Assembly (NCBI GenBank): GCA_965217865.1
Contig: CBDCJO010000002.1
Coordinates: forward strand, 3,072,001 to 3,136,000
Source of the DNA: Candidatus Latescibacterota bacterium
Lineage (GTDB): Bacteria; Latescibacterota; UBA2968; SICM01
Length of the DNA stretch: 64,000 nt
Reading direction: 5' to 3'
The notes under the pieces were generated by a model. That model was not told where the DNA came from. It saw nothing but the letters and a program-made list of their open reading frames with translations, and made no database searches. Shown here one piece after another: positions 31,385 to 40,924 of this stretch (its first letter is position 1; the number at the start of each line of letters is the position of its first letter). A program made the translations under genes and the position numbers.

Positions 31385-33769
31385 ATGGCCATATTCAACC
31401 GAGATAAGAGCGCCCGGTTCGAAGAGATCGAGGAGTACCGGGCCCTGCTGGAGCCTCCCGGGCACTACGAAGAGGCCTTCAACGTCAAAACGATCATCGG
31501 TGCGATCTTCGTTTCGATCGTTATGTTGCCGGGAAATATCTACCTGAACTTGATGATCGGAGGGGGGTTCGGAGCGGCTGCGGAATGGGTGACGATCATC
31601 CTGTTCATCGAGCTTTCCAAGCGATCCTTCACCACCCTGAAGAAACAGGAGATCTACCTCCTGTTCTATGTGACCACAGCCCTCATCGGGGCAGAGACGG
31701 GGGCGTTTGAAGGTCTTCTCTGGAACCAGTATTTCGTCCAGTCCCCTGCGGCCAAGCAGTTCGGGATATCCGGTCTCATCCCGGCGTGGGTCGCACCGCA
31801 GCCGGATTCGAACGCCCTCATCGACCGGACGTTCCTCCATTCGGATTGGATCGCCCCTATCGTCCTCCTGGTCATCGGTACGATCATGGGCAAAATCTCA
31901 TGGTTCACGGGGGGGTACATCCTGTTCCGGCTGACTTCGGACTACGAGCGGCTTCCCTTCCCGTTCGCACCGATCAATGCTCAGGGGGCGATGGCTCTGG
32001 CCGAGCAGAGCCAGGGGAATCAGGGATGGCGTTGGCGCATGTTCAGCGTGGGGGCGGTTATCGGGATCGTATGGGGTCTTTTTTATGTGGGGGTTCCGGC
32101 GATTACCGGGGTGTTCATGGAGGAACCCCTGCAAATCTTTCCGATCCCGTTCGTTGACTTTACGCCGTATACGGGATACTTCCTGCCTGCCACCCCGCTG
32201 GGCTTCACCTGCCACCTCGGTCCGATCTTTGTGGGTTTGCTCGCACCATTCTGGGGGATCGTGGGGACGTTTTTCGGGGTGATCGTCTACACCGTCGCGA
32301 ACCCGATCCTCCACAGCTACGGGATGCTCCCCCACTGGTTCGTCGGTATGGACACCATCCAGACCCAGTTTCTGGGTTATATCGATTTCTGGATGAGCTT
32401 CGGCCTTGGAACGACTCTTGGCATCGCGGCCATCGGGCTCTACCAGGTCTTCAAAGGCAGAAGCCCGCTCGGGGGGCGCGGGCTTACTCAAAGAACCTTC
32501 ACCCCTCCGCCCGGTCGCGGAGACTTCCGCATCGGAATCTGCATCATCCTTTTCGCCGCTTCCGGCCTCTACACGATCTTGTTGGCCAGGTATCTCTTTC
32601 CCAACCTGGTGACGAATACCCTGATCGTTTTTTTCTTTCTCTTCGCGTTCGTCTATACACCTCTTATCTCATTCGTGAACGCCAGGCTCATCGGCATGGT
32701 GGGTCAGACCGTGTCCATTCCCTATATCCGAGAGGCCACGATTTTCCTGAGCGGTTTCAGGGGGATGGAGATCTGGTTTGTTCCTTTCCCGCTCGCCACC
32801 CACGGGAGCCAGGCCCAGAAGTTCCGGGAGATCGAACTTACCGGGACCCGGTTCACGAGCATTTTGAAGGCCGAGGTGTTCATGGTTCCCCTGGTGCTTG
32901 CGGCGAGTTTTTTCTACTGGTCCTATATCTGGAGCCTTGCCCCCATTCCGTCCGAGACTTATCCATATGCACAGGTCTATTGGCCTCTCAGGGCTCTTCA
33001 GGACTGCGTCTGGTTTACGAGCACCCTCAAGGGGGAGATGCGGGTAAGCCATGACCGGGTGTCCTGGCGTCCGGCCAATCTGACGGACGGGAGCTGGTGG
33101 TACTGGCGGGTGAGGACGACAAGAGATGCGGAGGCTGAAGATATCAAGACGGGTGGGGATGGGCCTTGGTCCAGGGTGGGATTCTTTTATACCGACTATA
33201 TGAAGAAGGGTCCACCCCTGACTAAGCCGGCAAGGATCAAGCCGGAGGATCGGTGGGAGTCGACGGGGTCTCCGCAACTCCAGGGTATGGACGATGGGGT
33301 GGGGGCGTATACCCCAACCCCCCCCCTGCCCGTTTTCCCGATCCAGGGATCGAAAGGAGAACAGGTCCGCTACTATTTCGAGATCGATCAGACGCCGGAG
33401 TTCGACGGGCCGTTCCTGCAGACGTCGGAGGACATCCCGATTTTCTATGAAGCCGTCAAACCGGCGGTCATCGTGTCTGGTTTCGTCATCAGCCTGGTTC
33501 TCTTCGTGTTCATGTCTATTCTAGGATTGCCCATCTTGTTCGTGTTCGGGTTCGTGAGGAGCCTGGGGATTCTTCCACATCTGGTTGTCACGGAGATCAT
33601 AGGAGCCCTGCTTGCAAGGTATTACTTCTGGAATAAGTTCGGCCGGCAACAGTGGAGACTTCACGCCACGGTATTGGCCGTGGGTTTCAGTGCCGGGATG
33701 GCGCTGGTGGGAATGGCTTCGGTGTCTGTGGCGATGATTCAGAAGTCGGTGTCGGTGGTACAGTTCTAA
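31385..33769 (+). CDS. OPT-like peptide transporter with an inserted soluble beta-sandwich domain
   Basis: EWVTIILFIELSKRSF, SDYERLPFP, IWSLAPIPS...WP; hydrophilic insert at ~33030-33430. Confidence 0.8.
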   Translation: MAIFNRDKSARFEEIEEYRALLEPPGHYEEAFNVKTIIGAIFVSIVMLPGNIYLNLMIGGGFGAAAEWVTIILFIELSKRSFTTLKKQEIYLLFYVTTALIGAETGAFEGLLWNQYFVQSPAAKQFGISGLIPAWVAPQPDSNALIDRTFLHSDWIAPIVLLVIGTIMGKISWFTGGYILFRLTSDYERLPFPFAPINAQGAMALAEQSQGNQGWRWRMFSVGAVIGIVWGLFYVGVPAITGVFMEEPLQIFPIPFVDFTPYTGYFLPATPLGFTCHLGPIFVGLLAPFWGIVGTFFGVIVYTVANPILHSYGMLPHWFVGMDTIQTQFLGYIDFWMSFGLGTTLGIAAIGLYQVFKGRSPLGGRGLTQRTFTPPPGRGDFRIGICIILFAASGLYTILLARYLFPNLVTNTLIVFFFLFAFVYTPLISFVNARLIGMVGQTVSIPYIREATIFLSGFRGMEIWFVPFPLATHGSQAQKFREIELTGTRFTSILKAEVFMVPLVLAASFFYWSYIWSLAPIPSETYPYAQVYWPLRALQDCVWFTSTLKGEMRVSHDRVSWRPANLTDGSWWYWRVRTTRDAEAEDIKTGGDGPWSRVGFFYTDYMKKGPPLTKPARIKPEDRWESTGSPQLQGMDDGVGAYTPTPPLPVFPIQGSKGEQVRYYFEIDQTPEFDGPFLQTSEDIPIFYEAVKPAVIVSGFVISLVLFVFMSILGLPILFVFGFVRSLGILPHLVVTEIIGALLARYYFWNKFGRQQWRLHATVLAVGFSAGMALVGMASVSVAMIQKSVSVVQF

Positions 33770-33986
33770 GGAAATTGAAGATTGAAAAAAGGCATTGAAA
33801 ATTGGAGATTCAACTGAGCCAGTAGCAGTGGCAGGAAAGGCAAAGGCTAGGGGTCAGAGGTCGGGCAGTAGCAGGTGGCAGTAGCAGTGGCAGTGGCAGG
33901 AAAGGCAAAGGCTAGGGGTCAGAGGTCGGGCAGTAGCAGGTGGCAGTGGCAGGAAAAGCCAAGGTCGGAGGTCAGGGGTCGGGGGA
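33770..33986 (+). repeat. Modular short-tandem-repeat spacer 1
   Basis: TTGAAGA, GCAGTR, GGAAAGGCAAAGGC and AGAGGTC modules; internal ~65-bp tandem duplication. Confidence 0.85.
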
Positions 33987-34159
33987 TAATCAAATCGAGT
34001 GTCACAAACGAATTTTCCACTCGCGTGGAAAATTGAATGAAAACATTATTTATTTGATATATATGAGGTTAGTGAGAGTCGAAACCGGAAAAAAGATTCG
34101 GGAAGGAAGGAGTCGAGAGCCCAAAAGCAACCCACCCAAATAAAAACCGCAATAACCCA

Positions 34160-34483
34160 TTGTACCAGTTTAAAGACCTTAACGTGCTGGATGCTGGCAG
34201 GCTCTGGTATTCTGGTGCATACCTGTTGGAAACCATTCCCTCGGTAATCTACCTTCTGATGAAACACGGGGATGACTTCGAAGAGGCCGTAGTCCGTGCT
34301 GTCAACGATACGAAGGACAATGACACCGTAGCCGCTATTGTGGGAGCCGTTTTGGGGGGGTTATACGGAAGAACGGGAATTCCAGGGCGTTGGATAGACA
34401 ATTTGGTAGGACGGACTTCGTTTGAAGACGATGGACGAGTATTTGAATTAATCGAAGAGGCCAAGAAGACATTTTGGGGGTGA
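34160..34483 (+). pseudogene. ADP-ribosylglycohydrolase, C-terminal fragment
   Basis: AVNDTKDNDTVAAIVGAVLGGLYG...IPGRW; N-terminal two-thirds absent. Confidence 0.8.
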
Positions 34484-34518
34484 GAAAAAGAAGCATTATC
34501 AGGAGTAAATAAAACTGG

Positions 34519-34703
34519 CTTAGCGACATAATTAATTGCGCATACCCTTCCGCCCGGCCCCACCGGAATACAGAATACAGAAGAAGAATTAAAGGCAGTA
34601 GCAGTAGCAGGAAATGCTAATGCAGAGGGCAGGAAAAAGCAGTAGCAAGGAAAGGCAATGGCAGAAGTCGGAGGTTAGAGGCCAGTGGAAGCCAGGAGTC
34701 AAG
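34519..34703 (+). repeat. Modular short-tandem-repeat spacer 2
   Basis: MITE-end fragment, CCCTTCCGCCC..CCGGAATACAGAATACAGAA, GCAGTA, GGAAAGGCAA, AGAAGTC modules. Confidence 0.8.
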
Positions 34704-34722
34704 TTGCTACTTATACTTAGCT

Positions 34723-35547
34723 CTACCTGTAGCTCTGAATTGTCTCAGCCACCTCGTTCAGGTAATCATTTGTACTGAGACTGTGTGCTTTGGCAAAAAG
34801 ATTGAGTGTGGATACTCGAGGACGCGCGCCAGTCTCAACCCGGCGAACTTGCCTCTCTGAGAGACCTTTAATGTCGGATTGACGAAGACCGTGCTTTCTT
34901 CTCACATCAGCAACGGCCTGACCAAAGAGCTGGTCGGACTGTACTCGTTCCTGCTTGGCTTTCTCCGGGTAGTTTGGATCAGAGAGCCCGCGGATGGATT
35001 CCATATCCAGGTGGACGTCCAGGGATGGCCAGTAGACATAGCTGCCGTCTTTCTCCACCTGGAAACTCCTCACATCCCTGCCGGATTTCCTGGATAGAGC
35101 TGCGATTTTACTCAACTCGATCTCATATGTTTTGGTTGAGCAACTCATCACAACCAGGAAGTTCTCTACCAGGTGCGCGTCCGCAATCAGCTCATCAGCA
35201 GCGCCAATTGTCCTTGCGTGGAGGATTCTTGCAGGCACATCTGCCTGCTGATGCACGATTAGATTACTGAAAAGCCTGAGTCCGGCTTTTTGCAGGTATT
35301 GAGGCAGTAGATTCGAGGCATCGGGGTCGTGGATGAACAGGTTCTCCAGGTAGCGCTTGTTATTTGCCTCACGAACGAATGAAGAGACTTCAGGCAGATC
35401 ACGCAGCGAAACCGACAGGTAGAGGGCACTGAATTCGTCCAGGAGTGAATCCTGAAGCTTCCTGTACTTACGATACCATCGGGACTTCGGAATATGCCGG
35501 GAAACTTCCGGGTCGAGCGCAATCACGGCAAAGGCCGCTGTCGTCAT
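34723..35547 (-). CDS. DUF2442-like + XRE-HTH protein (putative antitoxin)
   Basis: DGSYVYWPSLDVHLD; C-terminal GLRQSDIKGLSERQVRRVETG; ATGA-coupled to the upstream gene. Confidence 0.75.
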   Translation of the reverse strand: MTTAAFAVIALDPEVSRHIPKSRWYRKYRKLQDSLLDEFSALYLSVSLRDLPEVSSFVREANNKRYLENLFIHDPDASNLLPQYLQKAGLRLFSNLIVHQQADVPARILHARTIGAADELIADAHLVENFLVVMSCSTKTYEIELSKIAALSRKSGRDVRSFQVEKDGSYVYWPSLDVHLDMESIRGLSDPNYPEKAKQERVQSDQLFGQAVADVRRKHGLRQSDIKGLSERQVRRVETGARPRVSTLNLFAKAHSLSTNDYLNEVAETIQSYR

Positions 35548-35762
35548 TGTCGGCATACTTTCTCCTCCCACTCCTGAAGGAGTTGCAGGCGGTATTTTAC
35601 GATGAGTTTGCAAAGCTTTTTTTGCAACGGGCCAGGCGGCCTCTTAAAGTTCTTTGGCCATTTTGCGGTCCAATCCAGTAGATTGACGTGAGGTGGCCGG
35701 TGATCGTGTGACGGGAACACCAATTCGTACCCGGGTAAGGTGCAGCATGTGACTTTTCCCAA
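35544..35762 (-). CDS. DUF4160-like small protein (putative toxin)
   Basis: FPSHDHRPPHV...LLQEWEEKV; promoter TTGACA-17-TATCTT at 35814-35786. Confidence 0.65.
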   Translation of the reverse strand: MGKVTCCTLPGYELVFPSHDHRPPHVNLLDWTAKWPKNFKRPPGPLQKKLCKLIVKYRLQLLQEWEEKVCRQ

Positions 35763-35859
35763 GATTCAGATCCTTTCCAACAAACAAGATAGGCGATACC
35801 GGACGTTTTGTCAAGTAATATATTAATCTAAACGTCCGGTTGGGTCGGGGTCAGGGGAA

Positions 35860-36008
35860 AAACGAGATGTGAGACGAAGACCCTTCCGCCCATCCTCACC
35901 GGAATACAAAAAACCCGTGAAACGTGAGACGTGAAACGTGAAACGTGAAAAGCAGTAGCAGGAAAGGCAAGGGCAGGAAAAGGCAAAAGCAGAGGCCAGA
36001 GGCCGGAG
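35860..36008 (+). repeat. Modular short-tandem-repeat spacer 3
   Basis: ACGTGA(A/G) x4-5, GCAGTA, GGAAAGGCAA, AGAGGCC. Confidence 0.85.
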
Positions 36009-36410
36009 GACTTCCGTAATTGGAGAGTCATTTTGTTTGCTTCCAACCCCTCCCCCAGGTCGTCCTTTTTCTTGCTACCACCCCTCCGTTACTCGCTTGC
36101 TCGCAACCCACATCCCTAAGTAAAAGGACTACAAAAAGAAGGATCCTTCGACTACGCTCAGGACAGGTTCTGCTCAAACGCCGCGGAGGCTGGGCGCGCC
36201 TAAGCCGAAATGTAGATGGCAATCAGAATTTTGTGTGGTTCCGAGAGGGCTCGTGGCATTACCGGGTCCCCGTGGAACGTTAAAAAGGAGGGACAGAGTC
36301 GCGCCAAAAACCGATATTATGATTCAGGTATTGAGAGTACAGGTAGACTTCCGTAATTGGAGAGTCATTTTGTTAGGGTTCCGAACCCCTCGTCCAAGGT
36401 TGCCCTTTAT
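36009..36410. repeat. ~340-bp direct-repeat-bounded element, copy B
   Basis: Homologous to 11284-11669; GACTTCCGTAATTGGAGAGTCATTTTGTT at both ends. Confidence 0.85.
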
Positions 36411-36469
36411 TGGGGGATTGAAGATCAATTAAAGATGTTGAAGATTGAAGGTTGATCCCTATAGGAAGG

Positions 36470-37636
36470 ATGTTTTTCGTGATCGACACGGAGTTGTTTC
36501 AGAGTACGCCATTCCGGGAGGCCAAAGGACTCGTCCTGGAGGAGAAATGGGGCCTTTTCGTTCACGTGGCAACGATCGCCCGGAGTCCTTCGGGGACGCT
36601 CGTCGTCGCGTGTATCGGTGGACCGAGGGCGGAGCCCGAGCCGGACAACGTGATCGCCATGGCAAGGTCTTTTGATAACGGTGAAACCTGGACTCCCCTA
36701 AAAGGGATGATCGACCCCGACGATGGGTGGCGGGCCTTTGATCCTGTGCTCTGGACCCGACCGGACGGGAAGATCTGGATACAGTGGGCGGAAGGGGATT
36801 GCCCCGGATTTCGGAAGAGGGACCGCGAAAGACGCGCTTTTTCCGGGTTCCTTACCGTTGACGGTGAAGAGATCGGGTTCAGCGATGTTCAACCCTGGAT
36901 CGGTCACGAGACGGGCAACTGGGCGGTCAATCCCCCGATCGTCCTGAGCAGCGGACGGTGGGTCGTTCCGATGCAGAACGGACCTTTTCAATATGTCCGC
37001 TCGTCGGACGACCAGGGCAGGACCTGGGTCAACCGGGAACAGGCGACGACAGAACAGGTCCCGGGGGGGATAGATGAGGCCACCTTCATTCAGCGGGAGG
37101 ACGGAAGGCTCTGGGCGCTGTATCGGACGACCGGTGGGAGGTTGTTCGAGGGTTTTTCGGACGACGAAGGGGATTCGTGGATCGATATTCGCGAAACGGG
37201 GATCCCCAACCCGGGAACCAAACCCTTCCTTTTGAAACTCGCCTCCGGACGGGTCCTTCTGCTCAACAACGCCACGTTTGCATCGCGGGTGGGGTACAAA
37301 GACCGTCCTCCTCCGGCGGACAAGTACTCCGGGAGGAGCTTCCTCACGGCCGCCCTGTCGGAGGACGACGGACGGACATTCTGCGCCGAGCTGGTGCTGG
37401 ACCGGGATCGCTTCGTCTGTTACCCCTCTGCGATTCAGGACCCCGAGGGGGTCATACATATCGTCTACAGGATGAAGACCGAACTGGCGTATAGCTGGGT
37501 GGGAGGCCCGATTGAGGACACAAGCACGGGTCTCGAAGCGGGGACGGCGGTCGCAAGGGTGGGCTACGGGCAGCTTACGGAGGAGATGATTCTCGCGTGT
37601 GAGGCTCCGGAGTGGGGAGGGGGGGAAGGAAAATGA
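36470..37636 (+). CDS. Sialidase-like BNR/Asp-box beta-propeller protein
   Basis: Asp boxes SFDNGETW, SDDQGRTW, SDDEGDSW, SEDDGRTF; YPSAIQ. Confidence 0.88.
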   Translation: MFFVIDTELFQSTPFREAKGLVLEEKWGLFVHVATIARSPSGTLVVACIGGPRAEPEPDNVIAMARSFDNGETWTPLKGMIDPDDGWRAFDPVLWTRPDGKIWIQWAEGDCPGFRKRDRERRAFSGFLTVDGEEIGFSDVQPWIGHETGNWAVNPPIVLSSGRWVVPMQNGPFQYVRSSDDQGRTWVNREQATTEQVPGGIDEATFIQREDGRLWALYRTTGGRLFEGFSDDEGDSWIDIRETGIPNPGTKPFLLKLASGRVLLLNNATFASRVGYKDRPPPADKYSGRSFLTAALSEDDGRTFCAELVLDRDRFVCYPSAIQDPEGVIHIVYRMKTELAYSWVGGPIEDTSTGLEAGTAVARVGYGQLTEEMILACEAPEWGGGEGK

Positions 37637-37790
37637 AGATTGAAGATTGGGGAACCAAGGGCATTGAATATCGAAGATTGAAAGTCCGTCAAACGTCAAA
37701 CGTGAAACGGGAAAAGCAAGTGGCAGGAAAGGCAAAGGCAGGGGCAGGAAAAGCCAGGGTCAGAGGTATGGAAAAGCAGGGGGTCAGCGA
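37631..37790 (+). repeat. Modular short-tandem-repeat spacer 4
   Basis: TGAAGAT, ACGTCAA/ACGTGAA, GGCAGGAAAGGCAAAGGC, GGTCAGAGG. Confidence 0.85.
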
Positions 37791-37929
37791 GAGTCACAAG
37801 TACGAACCTTGTCTAAAATCAACGGTCCTTCGGTCCAGGGAATATGGTTTCCATTAAGCCAAACGATCTCAGCCAGATTCTAATAGCGTAGACAGAATCG
37901 GGCCGAGTAGACTAAAGATTGGGGTTCTT

Positions 37930-39156
37930 ATGCCGGATCCATCAAAGCCGTGGAAAATAGATGTGGACATCCTGCGCAGCTCGCAGTACGAGAACGTGAG
38001 CGTGGGGTTGCCCTACCTCGATGAGCAGGACAGGCTATGGCTGCCTGTGAACATCAGTTTCGATGCCAGTCAGACCACTGACGCCGGGTGGTTGGTGGCC
38101 AGCAGCGTCCTGCTCGTCTCGGAGGACAAAGGGCTGACCTGGGAGATCACCGACCGGCCGTGGCCCGGGCCAAGCCACAACCGCGTCACCATGCCCGACG
38201 GTACGATCGTGGAGGTGAGCGCCAGCGGCTACTCCCGGTATCCGCGAACGGAGGTGAAGCGGCTGGAGAAAGAGGGGTATCATGCGTGGGACCTGGGACC
38301 GAAAGATGATTACTGCGCCATCATCTATGATTTGTGGCAGAAGCGATCAACGGACAACGGCAAGACCTGGGAGAAGCGGGACATTCACACGCAGCTCCCT
38401 TTCTTCGCGCACTTCGTGGCCCGCGGCCCCCTGCGACTGCTCGATGACGGCTCGCTCATATTCCTCGCCTATGGCTGTACCCCGGAGGAACGGATCACCG
38501 CCAATGAGGATCATACCGCAACCGTGAAGGGCCGATTCCACAGTTACGGCCACGGGCGCTGGAGCGTCTACTGCGTACGATCCGACGACGACGGCGAGAC
38601 GTGGGAAGCGGTCCGTGCGGCCGATGGGCGCCTGTCGCCCTCGGTGCACGGCTTCAACGAGACGTTTCCGATCGTCACCGGCGATGGAAACATATTCGTC
38701 ATCCTGCGTACACAGCTGGGAGAGTTTGCCTACTCCGTAAAGTCTTCGGACGGTGGCAGGACCTGGTCTGAGCCGGTTCAGACCCCGATTCGCGCCAAGC
38801 ATCCTTGGCCGACGGCATTGGCCGATGGAACAATGGTGTGCACCTACCAGAGGCGGTTTGCGGTGCCCTACGGCGTGCGCGCTCGTTTCGCCTCCGACAA
38901 CGGCAAGGTCTGGAGCGAGGAGGTGGTGCTCCGCGACGATATTCCCCTCTCCGACGGCGTCTGTACGGTGAACACGGTGGAGTTCCGGGATGGTACGCTG
39001 TTCAGCGTGTTTCAGGCCAGGAAGTACGATGACAAAGGTCGGGGGTGGCCGTTTGTCGGCGGCTGCCGATGGACGAAGAGCTACCGGAGGCCTTACGGAC
39101 CGAAGCTGGAAGTTCCGGCTGCCGGGGAGAAGTACAATTATCCGAAGGGAGATTGA
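37930..39156 (+). CDS. Sialidase-like BNR/Asp-box protein
   Basis: SEDKGLTW, STDNGKTW, SDDDGETW, SSDGGRTW, SDNGKVW. Confidence 0.88.
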   Translation: MPDPSKPWKIDVDILRSSQYENVSVGLPYLDEQDRLWLPVNISFDASQTTDAGWLVASSVLLVSEDKGLTWEITDRPWPGPSHNRVTMPDGTIVEVSASGYSRYPRTEVKRLEKEGYHAWDLGPKDDYCAIIYDLWQKRSTDNGKTWEKRDIHTQLPFFAHFVARGPLRLLDDGSLIFLAYGCTPEERITANEDHTATVKGRFHSYGHGRWSVYCVRSDDDGETWEAVRAADGRLSPSVHGFNETFPIVTGDGNIFVILRTQLGEFAYSVKSSDGGRTWSEPVQTPIRAKHPWPTALADGTMVCTYQRRFAVPYGVRARFASDNGKVWSEEVVLRDDIPLSDGVCTVNTVEFRDGTLFSVFQARKYDDKGRGWPFVGGCRWTKSYRRPYGPKLEVPAAGEKYNYPKGD

Positions 39157-39570
39157 GGAACGGGAAAAGGCAATTGAAAATTGAAGATTGAATATTGAAA
39201 GGCCGTCAAACGTGAGACGGGAAACGGGAAAGGCAGAAGCAGTAGCAGTGGCAGTGGCAGGAAAGGCCGTGAGACGTCAAACGTGAGACGTGAAAAGTGA
39301 AACGGAAAAACCGCAGCGTGTTTTTATTCTTAGCGACATAATTGATTGGCCAGCGTGAAGAGCCGATCAATATGCGCAATTAATTATGTCGTTAAGAAAG
39401 GCCGTCAAACGGCAAACGTGAAACGGGAATGCCCCTTTCGCCCATCCCTCCGGAATACAGAAGACAGAATACAGGAGACAGAAGAAGATCTAAATTCAAC
39501 TCAGTCGTCAGACGTGAGAGACGGGAAAAGGCAGAGGTCAGAGGTCGGGAAAAGCAAAAGCAGTGGCCGT
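39157..39570 (+). repeat. Modular short-tandem-repeat spacer 5, including a 68-bp mini-MITE
   Basis: All module types present; TIR element CTTAGCGACATAATT...AATTATGTCGTTAAG at 39329-39396. Confidence 0.85.
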
Positions 39571-39644
39571 GGAATGAGGTCCGGGAGTGCGACAATCGCA
39601 ATATTCTCTTTCTATGATCGATTATAATCTTCCGACGGCTATTC

Positions 39645-40037
39645 TCAGTTCTTCACCTCAATGATGTGGGCGTTGACCCATTCTACCAGCTGTTCACGTG
39701 AAATATTACCAGATGCAACTCCAAGAATGAGGCTCTCCTGTTCCTCAACGGATGCCTGAATCTCGAAACTGTTGAGCAGAAGAAATACGGCCATTGCTCC
39801 ATGACCAACACGTTTATTCCCATCTATGAACGGGTGATTCAAAATCAGAGAAAAGCAAAGCGCGCCTGCCTTCTCTGAAAAGGTTGAATAAAGATCTTCT
39901 CCCTCAAACGTCATACGAGGCTGAGCAACGGCAGATTCAAGTCCGCCTAGATCACGCAGCCCCGATGACCCTCCAGTTTGTTCAATTATTCGTCGGTGAA
40001 GTTCCAGCACTTCACCCAAAGTGAGATACCTCATCAA
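39645..40037 (-). CDS. doc: Doc/Fic family toxin
   Basis: GLRDLGGLESAVAQP, HPFIDGNKRVG. Confidence 0.93.
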   Translation of the reverse strand: MMRYLTLGEVLELHRRIIEQTGGSSGLRDLGGLESAVAQPRMTFEGEDLYSTFSEKAGALCFSLILNHPFIDGNKRVGHGAMAVFLLLNSFEIQASVEEQESLILGVASGNISREQLVEWVNAHIIEVKN

Positions 40038-40228
40038 CTCAGCCTTCGGTAGAGTTCCTTATTCTTCTCCAAAATCTGTTCAGCTACCTTCTGGAAATCT
40101 TCCTGAGGATGTCCCAGAACATCTGCCACCGCAGCTCTGGCGAGATCTTCTGGAGGAACACCAAGACGCTTGGCCGTCTTTTCTAAATGTTCAACCTCGT
40201 TTTTGGATAGATCCACAGATATCTTCAC
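40034..40228 (-). CDS. RHH-like antitoxin
   Basis: 64 aa ending ILEKNKELYRRLS; overlaps the doc start. Confidence 0.85.
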   Translation of the reverse strand: MKISVDLSKNEVEHLEKTAKRLGVPPEDLARAAVADVLGHPQEDFQKVAEQILEKNKELYRRLS

Positions 40229-40519
40229 AATCCACCTCCTTTAATTGCTTCATTTCTTACAAATTGGAATAACGTGTGCAGATAGCGGTCCGCCGGTATT
40301 CCGGGGCTCTTATGCTCCCAGCAATTCTTGAATATAAAGCAAATCCGTTCTGCGTTCAAGCGAATGAGTAGCCAGGGGACAGGAGGAAAAAACAGTAGCA
40401 GTGGCAGTGGCAGGAAATGCAAAGGCTCAGATATTCAATGAGGCCTGGGTTCTAATAAGGGATCCAGGTTCTTTTATCACCAAAGCCGGGTTCGGATTCT
40501 AATTCAGAAGCGACCACAG

Positions 40520-40870
40520 TCATGCTGTTCGCTTCATGCGTTTCTTATGTGTGGAGAGTTTCACTTCGATATCGAAATCAAGTTTATTTTGGAGAACGGA
40601 AAAAATGCTCGTAAGGTTGTCCATTGTAGGATTTCCCTTTGAGGATAACATGCGGTGGATGCTTTTGCTCGGCTTGTCCAATTCCTCTCCAAGCCGCTCA
40701 AAACCAATTGTTGAATTTACCAATTCTCTGAGAATCAGACGGGCCGTTTCAGACTCGCCATCTAAGAAAGTCGAAACTGCTTCATTCATCAGAGATGCAG
40801 CAAAATTGGGATCTCTTTCAGCTCTCTCCCGAATTGTTTGTTTATAGTCGCGTGTCAGTGCTATTGACAT
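40520..40870 (-). CDS. HigA-like/addiction-module antidote HTH protein (no toxin partner)
   Basis: LTRDYKQTIRERAERDP...KSIHRMLSSKGNPTMDNL. Confidence 0.8.
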   Translation of the reverse strand: MSIALTRDYKQTIRERAERDPNFAASLMNEAVSTFLDGESETARLILRELVNSTIGFERLGEELDKPSKSIHRMLSSKGNPTMDNLTSIFSVLQNKLDFDIEVKLSTHKKRMKRTA

Positions 40871-40924
40871 AAGGTAACTGATATGTTACTATTCATTGTG
40901 GGAATCCAAGAGAAAAAAAAGAAG

